From a virus, in IMG/VR virus record IMGVR_UViG_3300050034_000187, positions 131,762-195,761 of that record: 64,000 nt of DNA. One strand, given 5' to 3'. A program made the translations under genes and the position numbers. Shown in pieces: positions 1 through 9,674 of this stretch (the stretch's first letter is position 1; each line of letters begins with the position of its first letter). The notes beneath the pieces are model-generated. The model worked only from the letters and a program-made list of their open reading frames with translations, was not told where the DNA came from and did no database searches.

Positions 1-1
1 A

Positions 2-1462
2 TATGCCAATACTCGCAATCTGGTTGCTGGTACATTGAAAAATAAAGATACTAGGATTATATCTGAACGAAACATTTTTTTGATGCCGTGGGATGTATAC
101 TCTCCTAATGAAGATGATACTTTGCCAGATAGCGCATATGAAAGAATGCTTCTTTTGGAATCGCTCGGTTTTCCAAAGTATCAGGGATTCATTGCACACA
201 ATATCAATGAGATTGAACCATTGATTGATAGGGTTCTGAAGTTCAATGAGACTGATTCCATCCAGAATGATGGCGTTGTAATTAAGACTGATTCTCATAA
301 GCTTCGTAATGTACTTGGTGTAAAAACGAAATTTACAAACTTTCAGTGCTGCTATAAAAATCAGCACATTAGTGCAGAAACCACCATTCTTGGCATTGAA
401 TGGGGGGTTGGTCGGCAAGGAAAAGTTACGCCGGTATTATTGATTGATCCTATTGATTTGGGTGGAGCAATCACTTCTCGGGCAACCGGAAACAACGTTA
501 CTTGGATGAATGCTCTTGGTATTCAAAATGGATCGGTGGTAAGCGTGTGCCGCAGTGGAGAAGTAATTCCGATGGTGACCGAAGTTATCGATAATTCGCA
601 TGCTACTCCCTTTGATATTCCAGAAGTATGCCCTGCCTGTGGAAATAAACTGGAAGTGAATTGCGATAATGGAATTACAATTCTATTCTGCCGCAATTCT
701 TTATGTGAAGGAAAAGCAGCAGAAACATTTTATTACATTGCAGATCGTGCTACTCTGGAAATTGATAATCTTGGAATTGAAATGGCAAAAGAATTGATCG
801 AACATCATATTACTAGTTTAAGTGATCTATTTGAGTTTGCGAATGTATCAATTAATGCTCCAGCAACTTATTTTAAGAACACCTTGCAGTTTCGTTCAGG
901 GGCGAATGTAGTAAAAATGGTCAAGTCTATTCAAGATGCAAAGACTAGAGATTGGGATAAGTGGTTTGCTGCATTTGGTATTCCAATGGTTGGTCATACT
1001 CTTGGAAAAGTGATTGCTACAAAGTTGAATCTGCAAAGTGAGGATATGCAAGATCTTTGTGAGAAGATTCTAACTATTCAAGATGGGCAGATTGATGGTC
1101 TTGGAGTAGTTAAATTGCAATCATTGCGTACTTGGGCGAATGATGAAAAGAATGTTGCACTTTGCATTGCTCTTTATCATGATGGCGTGCGCCCACAACC
1201 ATTAACTAACAAGGAGAAAACTATGGATGGAAAATTGAATGATATTACGTTTTGTATTACCGGAACATTCAAGGAAACCTTTGGTTCTAGAACCGTTATT
1301 ACTGGGCAGCTAGAGGCCCTTGGCGCGAAGTCTGTTTCTTCGGTGACCAAAGCTTGCAACCTATTGATCGCCGGAGACAAGGTGGGCTCAAAACTTTCAA
1401 AAGCTGAGAAGCTTGGAATCAAGATTGTGGGTGAAGAATGGCTGAGTTCGGCGCTGGACTAG
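2..1462 (+). CDS. ligA: NAD-dependent DNA ligase (5'-truncated by window)
   Basis: Frame open from nt 2 (YANTRNLVAGTLK, cf. FANPRNAAAGSLR); DGVVIK motif, VGRQGKVTPV OB-fold, Zn finger CPAC...CRNSLC, HhH region, C-terminal BRCT (FCITGTF...GSKLSKAEKLG). Confidence 0.95.
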   Translation, partial: YANTRNLVAGTLKNKDTRIISERNIFLMPWDVYSPNEDDTLPDSAYERMLLLESLGFPKYQGFIAHNINEIEPLIDRVLKFNETDSIQNDGVVIKTDSHKLRNVLGVKTKFTNFQCCYKNQHISAETTILGIEWGVGRQGKVTPVLLIDPIDLGGAITSRATGNNVTWMNALGIQNGSVVSVCRSGEVIPMVTEVIDNSHATPFDIPEVCPACGNKLEVNCDNGITILFCRNSLCEGKAAETFYYIADRATLEIDNLGIEMAKELIEHHITSLSDLFEFANVSINAPATYFKNTLQFRSGANVVKMVKSIQDAKTRDWDKWFAAFGIPMVGHTLGKVIATKLNLQSEDMQDLCEKILTIQDGQIDGLGVVKLQSLRTWANDEKNVALCIALYHDGVRPQPLTNKEKTMDGKLNDITFCITGTFKETFGSRTVITGQLEALGAKSVSSVTKACNLLIAGDKVGSKLSKAEKLGIKIVGEEWLSSALD

Positions 1463-1725
1463 GAATTGATGATGTTAATGGGGTTCCATTGAAAATTGGA
1501 ACCCCAATTAAATTTGAAATAGAAGACGTGGGCTGCTATTATGGGTACATTAAATCTTTGATTTATGAGGCTGAGGGCCATCATGTTTTTGATATGGATA
1601 GTAGCGCAGGTTCTAACGGAAGATTTTACAAGTCCATTAATATTTCGTGGCACGATTGGGTTCGTGCGTATCAGTTAACTGTTATTTCAGAGGAAGAATA
1701 TGTGCAGGGAATAATGGAGAGTTAA
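1438..1725 (+). CDS. C-terminal-tag family small protein (start uncertain)
   Basis: Ends ISEEEYVQGIMES; close paralog of next ORF. Confidence 0.75.
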   Translation: MAEFGAGLGIDDVNGVPLKIGTPIKFEIEDVGCYYGYIKSLIYEAEGHHVFDMDSSAGSNGRFYKSINISWHDWVRAYQLTVISEEEYVQGIMES

Positions 1726-1726
1726 T

Positions 1727-2002
1727 GTGAAAATTGAATTAGGTATTAGTGATGTTAGGGGGGTTCCATTAAAAATAGGAACCCCAATTAAATTTGGAAT
1801 GGAATCTGAATGTTATGGACACATTAAATCGCTGATTTATAAATATGATTCGGTATATCATGTTTTTGATATGGATAGTAGTGTATGCCCAGATGGAAAA
1901 TTTTACAAGAATGTTGCTAGTTCGTGGGCCGAGCACGTTAGTTTGTATCAGTTAACTGCAATTTCAGAGGAAGAATATGTACAGGGAATAATGGAGAGTT
2001 AA
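1727..2002 (+). CDS. C-terminal-tag family small protein
   Basis: Ends ISEEEYVQGIMES. Confidence 0.8.
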   Translation: MKIELGISDVRGVPLKIGTPIKFGMESECYGHIKSLIYKYDSVYHVFDMDSSVCPDGKFYKNVASSWAEHVSLYQLTAISEEEYVQGIMES

Positions 2003-2003
2003 T

Positions 2004-2267
2004 ATGTTTAAATTTACAGATATGCATGAAAATGAATTACATAATGGAGATTACATTGCATTTGGAAAATTTCCTAAATTATATAGAAAAATAGATCATT
2101 TTGAGCAATCCGCAGATTTCGCATATATGTATGATGATAATACTAATATTTTGTGGTCCATTTCTCTGCTGCGCGTGGCAGATGACTGGATGATGACGTG
2201 CGCTCGTGCAAGTAATCTAGAAAAGGTTTCGGAAGAGGAATATTTGCAATGGATAATGGAGCAATAA
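2004..2267 (+). CDS. C-terminal-tag family small protein
   Basis: DMHENELHNGDYI start; ends VSEEEYLQWIMEQ. Confidence 0.8.
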   Translation: MFKFTDMHENELHNGDYIAFGKFPKLYRKIDHFEQSADFAYMYDDNTNILWSISLLRVADDWMMTCARASNLEKVSEEEYLQWIMEQ

Positions 2268-2268
2268 A

Positions 2269-2567
2269 ATGAATGATGAATTGGGAATTAATGATGTTAA
2301 TGGTGTTCCATCATATATTAAATGGCAATTTTCAGATTGGAAAAAAGAAAAAATATAGAATATTGTTGGGGAATAATTACTTCGTTGATCGGTGAATGTG
2401 AATTTGCTGGCATAGAAAAATATCACTTCTTTTCAATAAGCAATTCAAATTTATCGATAATCAGGTTTTCTAAGCCAATTCTTCTTTCATGGGATCTCTG
2501 TATATCGACATGTAGGATGACTGTTATTTCGAAAGAAGAATTTTGGCAACTTGTAATGGAGAACTAG
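2269..2567 (+). pseudogene. Frameshifted C-terminal-tag family gene
   Basis: ATG 2269 gives MNDELGINDVNGVP (paralog of 1438/1727) then stops; the homologous remainder and tail ISKEEFWQLVMEN are in another frame (2322-2567). Confidence 0.6.
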
Positions 2568-2823
2568 AATATTGTTGACAGTCTAATTTATCTTTGATAC
2601 TATTGAATAGTCAATGAAAGAGGATTCCATGAAGCTCACACAAACTCAAATGAAGATCATGAACAACATCGAGTATTTTGGATTCTACATCGTTAAAGGG
2701 AAAGTTGAATGATGCATTGCAGCACGCCATTATTCGAAATGACAAACAACTGATTGCTGAAATCCGCGCGAAGATTTTAAAGCGCGATGAAAATAGCAAT
2801 CAATAATTGATGGGAGAATTAGT

Positions 2824-3015
2824 ATGTCAAAAGATAAAAATGTATTTGTAATTAATTTTAATGACCCACGCATTCCAGAGGAAATTCATGCTGATTTTGT
2901 GGCGGTAATAGAGAGATTTGTTCATTTTGTGCAAGGAACTTCCGAGGATAATATGGTGGTTGGGCTTTATCCGATTGCGGATATTAAGTCGGTTTACCGC
3001 AAGGATGTAAAGTAA
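2824..3015 (+). CDS. hypothetical protein
   Basis: GGGAG SD, 63 aa. Confidence 0.55.
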   Translation: MSKDKNVFVINFNDPRIPEEIHADFVAVIERFVHFVQGTSEDNMVVGLYPIADIKSVYRKDVK

Positions 3016-3244
3016 TATGGGATGTGCGGAGAGGGAAGCAGATCGGTTTGAAGAGGAGGAAGAATATCTTGCTTCTTTGGAAACTCGATGGGAAAATGAT
3101 CAACTTAAAATTAAATATTTAACGCAGAAAAATAAATAACTGCAAGATAAGGTTGATCATTTGAAAACGGTTTGTGCAATTAAAAATTGATCCTCTTCGC
3201 CATACCGGAAAAGATAATCCAATTATTGATGAATTACCAGAGGT

Positions 3245-3475
3245 ATGACTATGAAATTTAATTATGATGGCATTGAACTTGATAGATGGTCAAAAGGAAT
3301 AGATCATGATCGCCGATCAGAAAAGATTGGAAGAGCGCTTGGCACCATTGATTATGAAATATTTGATGATTCTATGGATTTGAAGTTTGGTGGTGCCGGG
3401 GATAATGGAGAAACTCTGATGTATGCTCTTGATATCTATTTTGATCTTTTAGATCGGGGGAAGATAAAAGAATGA
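3245..3475 (+). CDS. hypothetical protein
   Basis: GAGG SD; overlaps next ORF (ATGA). Confidence 0.6.
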   Translation: MTMKFNYDGIELDRWSKGIDHDRRSEKIGRALGTIDYEIFDDSMDLKFGGAGDNGETLMYALDIYFDLLDRGKIKE

Positions 3476-3738
3476 AAAAATTAATTGAATGGTTTAAATT
3501 TCAATATGCAAAATGCGTCCTTAAATCAAATAATATTTGTCTTGAACATCTTCTTCCAGAGACGTGGGAAAATAATCCGGTTTCTAATACATGGGAGCCA
3601 TATATTAGAATTTGCCCAGAATGTTTAAAGAAAATTCAAGCAGAAGACAAAGAAAGATGGAAGAAACGTTTTGCTACGTTAAATGAGGAAGAAAAAGAAT
3701 TAAATAAAGCAATTTTATATATTAAGAACAGAAAATAG
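3472..3738 (+). CDS. hypothetical protein (CxxH/CxxC)
   Basis: Coupled ORF, 88 aa. Confidence 0.55.
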   Translation: MKKLIEWFKFQYAKCVLKSNNICLEHLLPETWENNPVSNTWEPYIRICPECLKKIQAEDKERWKKRFATLNEEEKELNKAILYIKNRK

Positions 3739-3796
3739 TTCTTGCATTTTGAACATTAATTTGCTATATTATATTTGTTGTTAAGAAAGAGAACAC

Positions 3797-4324
3797 ATGA
3801 CGTATACCAAGATTTTTGTAACCATGGCATTGCTTGTTAGTAGCTATGTTTCCGCCCAGAATGTTGTTGCAACCGCCATCAAGGAAAATGTTCATGCCAA
3901 TGGCTATATTGAATTTTCATTGGCTCCCCCACATAACGAAATTGATCCGGGCATTTGCGGATTGCGTAATACCGATACATATTGTTCAGCTTTTGCTCGA
4001 TATATGTTAGGTGAGAATATTTCCATTCAACCATTTGCAAATGTTCCATATGCCAGCCATCTTCGAACACATTTTAACACCAATTTGCTTCTGGGGAAGA
4101 CTATTCCTCAATATCAATATACATGGTCACCAAAGGCCATTGGGATTGAACGTTCTGCTTCCGTTGGTATTATGTTTTCTCACAATATTGAATTGGTTGG
4201 AACTCAGCATTATCTCTTCGATATTATGAATTCTGATTATAAGAAGAGCGATGTTTACAAGGGAAATAACGGTCCTTGGGGGCGCTATAACACGGTTTCG
4301 GTGCGAAAGTATATCAACTTTTAA
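3797..4324 (+). CDS. secreted/outer-membrane-like protein
   Basis: Signal-peptide-like N-terminus (…YVSA|QN), beta-strand pattern, terminal F; own TTGCAT/TATATT promoter. Confidence 0.6.
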   Translation: MTYTKIFVTMALLVSSYVSAQNVVATAIKENVHANGYIEFSLAPPHNEIDPGICGLRNTDTYCSAFARYMLGENISIQPFANVPYASHLRTHFNTNLLLGKTIPQYQYTWSPKAIGIERSASVGIMFSHNIELVGTQHYLFDIMNSDYKKSDVYKGNNGPWGRYNTVSVRKYINF

Positions 4325-4335
4325 TAAATACTTTC

Positions 4336-4995
4336 ATGAGACTTCATGAATTTTCCAATATATCATTAGAAGAAGGTTTTCTTAAAAATGGAATATTATC
4401 GGCTGCTCTTGCTGCATCCACAGTTGGAGCGGCCTATAATATTCATAAAACAACTCCGCAAGATGCTCAGCTTACTTCTCTTGGGCAGAGTATGATTAAA
4501 GATATGCCTTCTGTCTTACAGCACAAATTGGGAAATGTAAATGATATAAAATTCGTTTCTGGTATTCCAGATGGCGGAGATCCAAATGCGATTGCCCAAG
4601 TAGAACAAGGTTCTAAAATAGTATATATAAATCCAAAATATATTAATCAATTTAAAAATGGTGATGCCGATCAAATTGTTCAGCATGAATTAACTCATAT
4701 CGCTCAGCAAAATAATATAAAATATAAAAATAGTGATAATCCGCATGATTATGAAGGAATGGATAATTTAAATATATGGCCGTCTCTACAAAAGATGAGA
4801 AATTCCGGCGACACCATGAAAAATCATACCAGAGAAGCTCAGGCAATGATTGTTCAACAGCGGGTTGCGCAAGTTCATATGTTAAATAATTTAATCAATT
4901 CCAATAAAAAAGATAATTATACATTAAATGCCATAAAATTATGTAAATCTCATATTTCTTTAGCTGACGAATATATTTCTGATTTTAATAATTGA
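4336..4995 (+). CDS. HEXXH zinc-metallopeptidase-like, probable late/virion protein
   Basis: QHELTHIAQ motif; MRLHEF…LEEG N-terminus; TAAATA 5 nt before ATG. Confidence 0.6.
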   Translation: MRLHEFSNISLEEGFLKNGILSAALAASTVGAAYNIHKTTPQDAQLTSLGQSMIKDMPSVLQHKLGNVNDIKFVSGIPDGGDPNAIAQVEQGSKIVYINPKYINQFKNGDADQIVQHELTHIAQQNNIKYKNSDNPHDYEGMDNLNIWPSLQKMRNSGDTMKNHTREAQAMIVQQRVAQVHMLNNLINSNKKDNYTLNAIKLCKSHISLADEYISDFNN

Positions 4996-5025
4996 CATAT
5001 TTTGAAAGGATGATATAATATATCT

Positions 5026-5652
5026 ATGTTTGATTCAGCAAAATACGAAGCCAGTCTAAAGGCAATGCCAGATTTGATGGAATTGGATTTTGATTTGGAT
5101 AAAACCGAATACTGCACCTTGGATGAAGCCAGAGATTGGTGCAAAGAAAATGGAATTAATAGTCAGTCAAAATATCGAGAAGTGGTAACTGGTGGAGTAT
5201 ATAATTCCGATGGAAAGAAATTACCAAGCGCTCCAAGTAGGTATTATAAAATTTTATGGAGTAAATTTTTTGGAAAAGAAGAACGGTATACTGGAGACTA
5301 TACTTCTTTAGAAGAATGTAAAAATTGGTGCAAGGAAAATGAAATTAATACCAGAGAAAAATACCGAGAAGTGGTAAATGGTGGAGTATATAATTCGGAT
5401 GGAAAGAAACTACCCGGAGGTCCAAATAAGAAATATAAAATTTCATGGAATGAATTTTTTGAGAAATCTGAATATTGTTCTTTGGATGAAGCAAGGGATT
5501 GGTGCAAACTAAATGTAATTAACTCGGTGGACAAATACGATAAAGCAGTAAATGGCGGTGTGTATAATTCCAATGGTAAGAAATTACCGAGTCATCCATA
5601 TCAAAAATATAAAAATACTGGTTGGGTTTCGTGGCCAGATTTATGGAAATAA
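5026..5652 (+). CDS. Repeat protein, 3x ~58-aa integrase-repeat-like units
   Basis: Three units YC(T/S)LxEAxDWCKxNxI…GGVYNSDGKKLP…Y…W; leaderless TTGACA/TATAAT promoter. Confidence 0.75.
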   Translation: MFDSAKYEASLKAMPDLMELDFDLDKTEYCTLDEARDWCKENGINSQSKYREVVTGGVYNSDGKKLPSAPSRYYKILWSKFFGKEERYTGDYTSLEECKNWCKENEINTREKYREVVNGGVYNSDGKKLPGGPNKKYKISWNEFFEKSEYCSLDEARDWCKLNVINSVDKYDKAVNGGVYNSNGKKLPSHPYQKYKNTGWVSWPDLWK

Positions 5653-5782
5653 TTATTGCCTTGTTCCACAAGACTGCGGCAAGTTTCGGCAGATGTTGAT
5701 GACTATTTTGAAAAACATCACAATAAAATTACTTCATTCAAGCAAACTATGGTATAATTTAACATAGTGAGAAAGGAAACCA

Positions 5783-6577
5783 ATGTTTATCGAATCTATT
5801 AAGCGAGAATTTTCAAATGGCGTAGTTTATGCAATGAAAACCGAGGATGGCTATCCTATTGAAACAACGGATACTTTCCTGCCGTATTATACCAAATTTG
5901 CAATTAATGAGCATACCAATAAGTTGAAGTCCGATGATGTTGGATCACGCAAAGAGCGTTGGATGATTGGTGTTAGTTGCATGTCATCGTGCCCCGTTCA
6001 CTGCCGTTTTTGCGCCACTGGCCAGTTGAAGCGTACTCGAAAGCTTTCTGCTCAGGAAATTGTTGATCAAGTTAAGTTCATTCTTGTGAAGAATCATGAT
6101 TTAACTCCAAGTGATTCTAAGGAATTTAAAATCAATTATACTAGGTGCGGCGAACCATTCCTAAACATTGAAGCTGTGAAGGAAGCTATTCGCAGCATTG
6201 ATGCAATGCTTCCGGGGGTACGCGTGCATCATTATATTTCTACTATTGGTTTAAGGGGAATGGATACCTCATGGATTAAGGATAATATCACTCTTCAGCT
6301 ATCTCTACATAGCACCGATGAAATCCGGCGGAATGATCTTATTCCAGTATCCAATTTAATGAGTATTGAAGAGTTGGGAAAAGTTCGCACGGAAAGCGAA
6401 TTGAAGACCACTATTAATATGACTCTGGTCGATACAGCGGACTTTAATATTGATGTGATCAAAAAGAATTTTGACCCGGATTACTTTTTTATAAAAATTT
6501 CTCCAATTAACGTTAACTCGGTGAGTGAAGCAAATCATATGGGGGCTGGAATTATCAAGGCAGTTAATTTGATTTAA
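5783..6577 (+). CDS. RlmN/Cfr-like radical SAM protein lacking its C-terminal AACGQL segment
   Basis: CPVHCRFCATG cluster motif, RKLSAQEIVDQV, GEPFLN, ISTIG, LQLSLHS..E.RR.LIP as in RlmN; terminates early. Confidence 0.85.
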   Translation: MFIESIKREFSNGVVYAMKTEDGYPIETTDTFLPYYTKFAINEHTNKLKSDDVGSRKERWMIGVSCMSSCPVHCRFCATGQLKRTRKLSAQEIVDQVKFILVKNHDLTPSDSKEFKINYTRCGEPFLNIEAVKEAIRSIDAMLPGVRVHHYISTIGLRGMDTSWIKDNITLQLSLHSTDEIRRNDLIPVSNLMSIEELGKVRTESELKTTINMTLVDTADFNIDVIKKNFDPDYFFIKISPINVNSVSEANHMGAGIIKAVNLI

Positions 6578-6589
6578 GAAAGGGAACTG

Positions 6590-6790
6590 ATGAAATATTG
6601 GCAGAAGATGACTTTGTATATTGTAATGATGGTTGGTGGACTGCTGGGTGGTGCAATTTTGCAGGACAACGAACACTCATCATTTTTTGAACATAATAAG
6701 AATCTTAATGATGTATTGATTTCATTGTGCGGTTTCAGCACCGTGATTGGAATTATATTGGGCATCGAAACAATTAAGGAAACAGATTAA
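6590..6790 (+). CDS. small membrane protein
   Basis: Two hydrophobic segments; paralog of 6993-7187. Confidence 0.6.
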   Translation: MKYWQKMTLYIVMMVGGLLGGAILQDNEHSSFFEHNKNLNDVLISLCGFSTVIGIILGIETIKETD

Positions 6791-6992
6791 TCATTGAAAT
6801 TTAAATAACGCATTGACCAATTATGACCATTCAAAGAATAAGATCCTTGCTATAATTATAATCATTGAAGGTTGATTATTAATATATAGAAGGGAGGTTG
6901 CCTGATATCGACGTATGGCTGGCTTAATATAAATTACTTGTTAAGCAGATTTTATTGGATACCGCATAAAAGTTTCACGCGGAGGAAAATAT

Positions 6993-7187
6993 ATGAGAGT
7001 TTGGCAAAAAATTGTTCTTTGCATTATAATAGCAGGTGGAGTTTTTGGTGGAGCTAGATTAGAAGATCGGGATCACAATCCACTGTATGAATATTATAAT
7101 AATGTTCATGATAAACTAGAAAGAGTATCTATTGTTCTTTCTGTTTCTGGTACAAAACGATTTCGGAACTATCAGTTTAAAAAATAA
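6993..7187 (+). CDS. small membrane protein
   Basis: GGAGG SD; WQK…GG.(L/F)GGA shared with 6590. Confidence 0.55.
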   Translation: MRVWQKIVLCIIIAGGVFGGARLEDRDHNPLYEYYNNVHDKLERVSIVLSVSGTKRFRNYQFKK

Positions 7188-7242
7188 ATCCTTGCATTTT
7201 TAATTAATTCAATGTAGTATTAACCAATAAGGAGAACAAACA

Positions 7243-7383
7243 ATGGAAAGTGTAATTGAGAAGTTGAAGGATGCTGGTTATGATTATGCTGTTGCAATTT
7301 CAACAGAAAGCGAACAAAAGGCGAATGCCGCGTGCGGCCAGCTAAGTCTTGTTGTTGAACTAGATACGCAGGAGAATAGCTAA
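7243..7383 (+). CDS. 46-aa peptide equal to the missing RlmN-like C-terminus (AACGQL)
   Basis: Hand translation MESVIEKLKDAGYDYAVAISTESEQKANAACGQLSLVVELDTQENS; AAGGAG SD and own TTGCAT-17-TAGTAT promoter; absent from the ORF track. Confidence 0.8.
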   Translation: MESVIEKLKDAGYDYAVAISTESEQKANAACGQLSLVVELDTQENS

Positions 7384-7400
7384 TATTTGGCTGTTATTTA

Positions 7401-7440
7401 AAATTCCTCTATTATATTAATCTATGGTAGAGGAATTTTT
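7401..7440 (+). terminator. hairpin/terminator
   Basis: AAATTCCTCTA…TAGAGGAATTTTT. Confidence 0.55.
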
Positions 7441-7497
7441 ATATTGACAAATCAGTTGATATTTGATATTATTAGTATGTTGATAAGGAGATTAATT

Positions 7498-7683
7498 ATG
7501 AATTACAAAAATCTGATTGAAACGAATATTTCACTGCGGACTCAGCTTAAATATAAATTGGACATTGAGCCGGACTACCAGTTGGCAGAAGAGATTGAGA
7601 AGGCGCTGCTCGCGACCCTTCCCACCGACGTTGAACTTGCCAAGGATGAGAACCAACAGTTGGCCGTATTGCTTCTTCGGTAA
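7498..7683 (+). CDS. hypothetical protein
   Basis: TTGACA promoter plus AAGGAG SD. Confidence 0.55.
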   Translation: MNYKNLIETNISLRTQLKYKLDIEPDYQLAEEIEKALLATLPTDVELAKDENQQLAVLLLR

Positions 7684-7827
7684 ATTGATGTTTCTTTATA
7701 AGGAGATTAATTATGAAAGGTTTTCGAGGAGTCATTTTTGGAATTGCACTATCCTTGCCAGTTTGGATTGGTGCCATAATTCTCATTCGCTGGCTTAGCT
7801 TGCGATAACCAATTGAGGAGGAATATT

Positions 7828-8184
7828 ATGTGGTTTTTTAATAAGAAAGCAACTCCCATTATTGAAAAGATTGTTCCATCACCACCAGAAATGCAAATCT
7901 ATCTAAGTAGTGTCGAGTATAGGATTGGTCATTTGTGTGACAATTGCTCCCATCTTGAATTCTTTCCAAAAGGGATTGTAAGTGAACAGTTGTGTAATCT
8001 TTGCGGTTCTATTGCCAACGCAACGGTGATCCGAGTACTCCATTATCAAATCGAAAATTTTGATAATGAATGCCTGAACTTCTTAAAAGATAAAGATTTT
8101 ATTGTTGGCCGGAGTGATAGAACTGGCGGAAGATACATGACGAAATATTTTCGCACCGATAAACCGATACCAAAGAAGGGATAA
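7828..8184 (+). CDS. hypothetical protein with CxxC pairs
   Basis: GAGGAGG SD; CDNC…CNLC. Confidence 0.6.
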   Translation: MWFFNKKATPIIEKIVPSPPEMQIYLSSVEYRIGHLCDNCSHLEFFPKGIVSEQLCNLCGSIANATVIRVLHYQIENFDNECLNFLKDKDFIVGRSDRTGGRYMTKYFRTDKPIPKKG

Positions 8185-8185
8185 T

Positions 8186-8368
8186 ATGAAGATTAAAATT
8201 GATCCGCATTATACTGGATGTGAAAGTGGTTATGTTAATGTTAGCATTACCGATGATTTTGGTAAGATTGTAACTCACAAAATTGATCTTATTTCAGTAT
8301 GTAATGCTATGGGAGGCGCAGTACATGGCATGAAGCTGCTTGCAGAAGCAGTCAATAAAGAGAACTAA
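8186..8368 (+). CDS. hypothetical protein
   Basis: Coupled to previous ORF. Confidence 0.5.
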   Translation: MKIKIDPHYTGCESGYVNVSITDDFGKIVTHKIDLISVCNAMGGAVHGMKLLAEAVNKEN

Positions 8369-8460
8369 ACTAAGAAATATGCGATATCGCACACATTGCC
8401 CATGGATTATTAATTCATTTATTCCAGCGGTTCCAACAAATTAATTTAAGGAGATTAGTC

Positions 8461-8712
8461 ATGGGAGAATTTAAAAAACTGGAACAGGTGATTCCTAATA
8501 ACACCGAATTTGATGGTTTCAAAGGCATGGCTCCCGGAAATGACGATGGATATGGAAATAGTTATGTGAAATATTCGGATGCAATCGCAAGAGAGAACCT
8601 GCTCTTGGATGCTATAGAACGTGCCATTCTTGTTCTTGACAATCTTCCGGGTATTTCCATTGATACCATCGGCCTGAAATATGTACATGAAAATATCAAA
8701 AATACGCAATAA
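8461..8712 (+). CDS. hypothetical protein
   Basis: AAGGAG SD. Confidence 0.55.
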   Translation: MGEFKKLEQVIPNNTEFDGFKGMAPGNDDGYGNSYVKYSDAIARENLLLDAIERAILVLDNLPGISIDTIGLKYVHENIKNTQ

Positions 8713-8750
8713 TAATTGACAATTGAGTTCAATCTTGCTATTATTAATAC

Positions 8751-9299
8751 ATGGAAAACAAGATTGAACTCGCCATATCCCCCCTCAAGAATGATGCAGT
8801 CAAATCTGCCTTGGCTATTGCGCATGATGATATTGAATCCGTTAAGAAAAATCTTGAAGCATCTGGGTGGGATCGCGAAAAAGTTGCCTCTTATCCGGCG
8901 TCCAATTGGGCAACTCCTTGCAAAGATTATCAAATGAAGGTTGAAATGTACAAATTTGTTTGCTCAATTACCGCCGGAGATGATAGCAAAAATTCTGGGT
9001 CGAGGAAGCTGAATGATCCATATTTTGTTGTGATGAGCAATGCCGGGATTGATAATTATTTGGAGATGGTTGCAAGAGATGCCGGTTCTCGGTATGTTTC
9101 CTTCGTTGCAAAGATGGTGAAGAAAATTGGGGATGTGGCGGATGCTTCTTTGGAAGGCAACCATGTTTGGGGAAATAGCATTCTTACTATTACTCGCGAA
9201 GACGGTTCAAGGGAGCGGTGGTTCACTCAGCAGATCATCAATGTTTCTAAATGGGGTCGGCTGTTTAATCAATGGCCTTCGAGAAAGATGAAAGGATAA
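8751..9299 (+). CDS. phage hypothetical protein (early, leaderless)
   Basis: TTGACA-17-TATTAT-6-ATG; C-terminal QQIINVSKWGRLFNQWPSR; hairpin at 9314-9345. Confidence 0.7.
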   Translation: MENKIELAISPLKNDAVKSALAIAHDDIESVKKNLEASGWDREKVASYPASNWATPCKDYQMKVEMYKFVCSITAGDDSKNSGSRKLNDPYFVVMSNAGIDNYLEMVARDAGSRYVSFVAKMVKKIGDVADASLEGNHVWGNSILTITREDGSRERWFTQQIINVSKWGRLFNQWPSRKMKG

Positions 9300-9371
9300 T
9301 ATAAAGTAATTTTGAAATGCTCCCATGGGATTTTGGGAGCATTTCTATGAGAAAGGTGATATAATATATCT

Positions 9372-9635
9372 ATGATTGATTCAGCCAAAGACGAAGCCAT
9401 TCTCAAGGCAATGCCAGATTTGATGGAACTGGATTTTGATTTGGATAAAACCGAATACTGTTCTTTGGAAGAAGCGCGAGATTGGTGCAAATTAAATGAA
9501 ATTAGTACTCAAGTCAGATATAACAAATCAGTTTTCGGTGGAGTATATAATTCTGACGGAAAGAAGCTTCCGAGTAGTCCCAATAGGCAGTATAAAAATT
9601 CTGGTTGGGTTTCGTGGACAGAGTTATGGAAATAA
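9372..9635 (+). CDS. single-unit paralog of the 5026 repeat protein
   Basis: Near-identical N-terminus (LKAMPDLMELDFDLDKTEYC) and upstream TATAATATATCTATG. Confidence 0.75.
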   Translation: MIDSAKDEAILKAMPDLMELDFDLDKTEYCSLEEARDWCKLNEISTQVRYNKSVFGGVYNSDGKKLPSSPNRQYKNSGWVSWTELWK

Positions 9636-9674
9636 TTCTTGACATTCAATCATGCAACGGGGTATAATATACAT

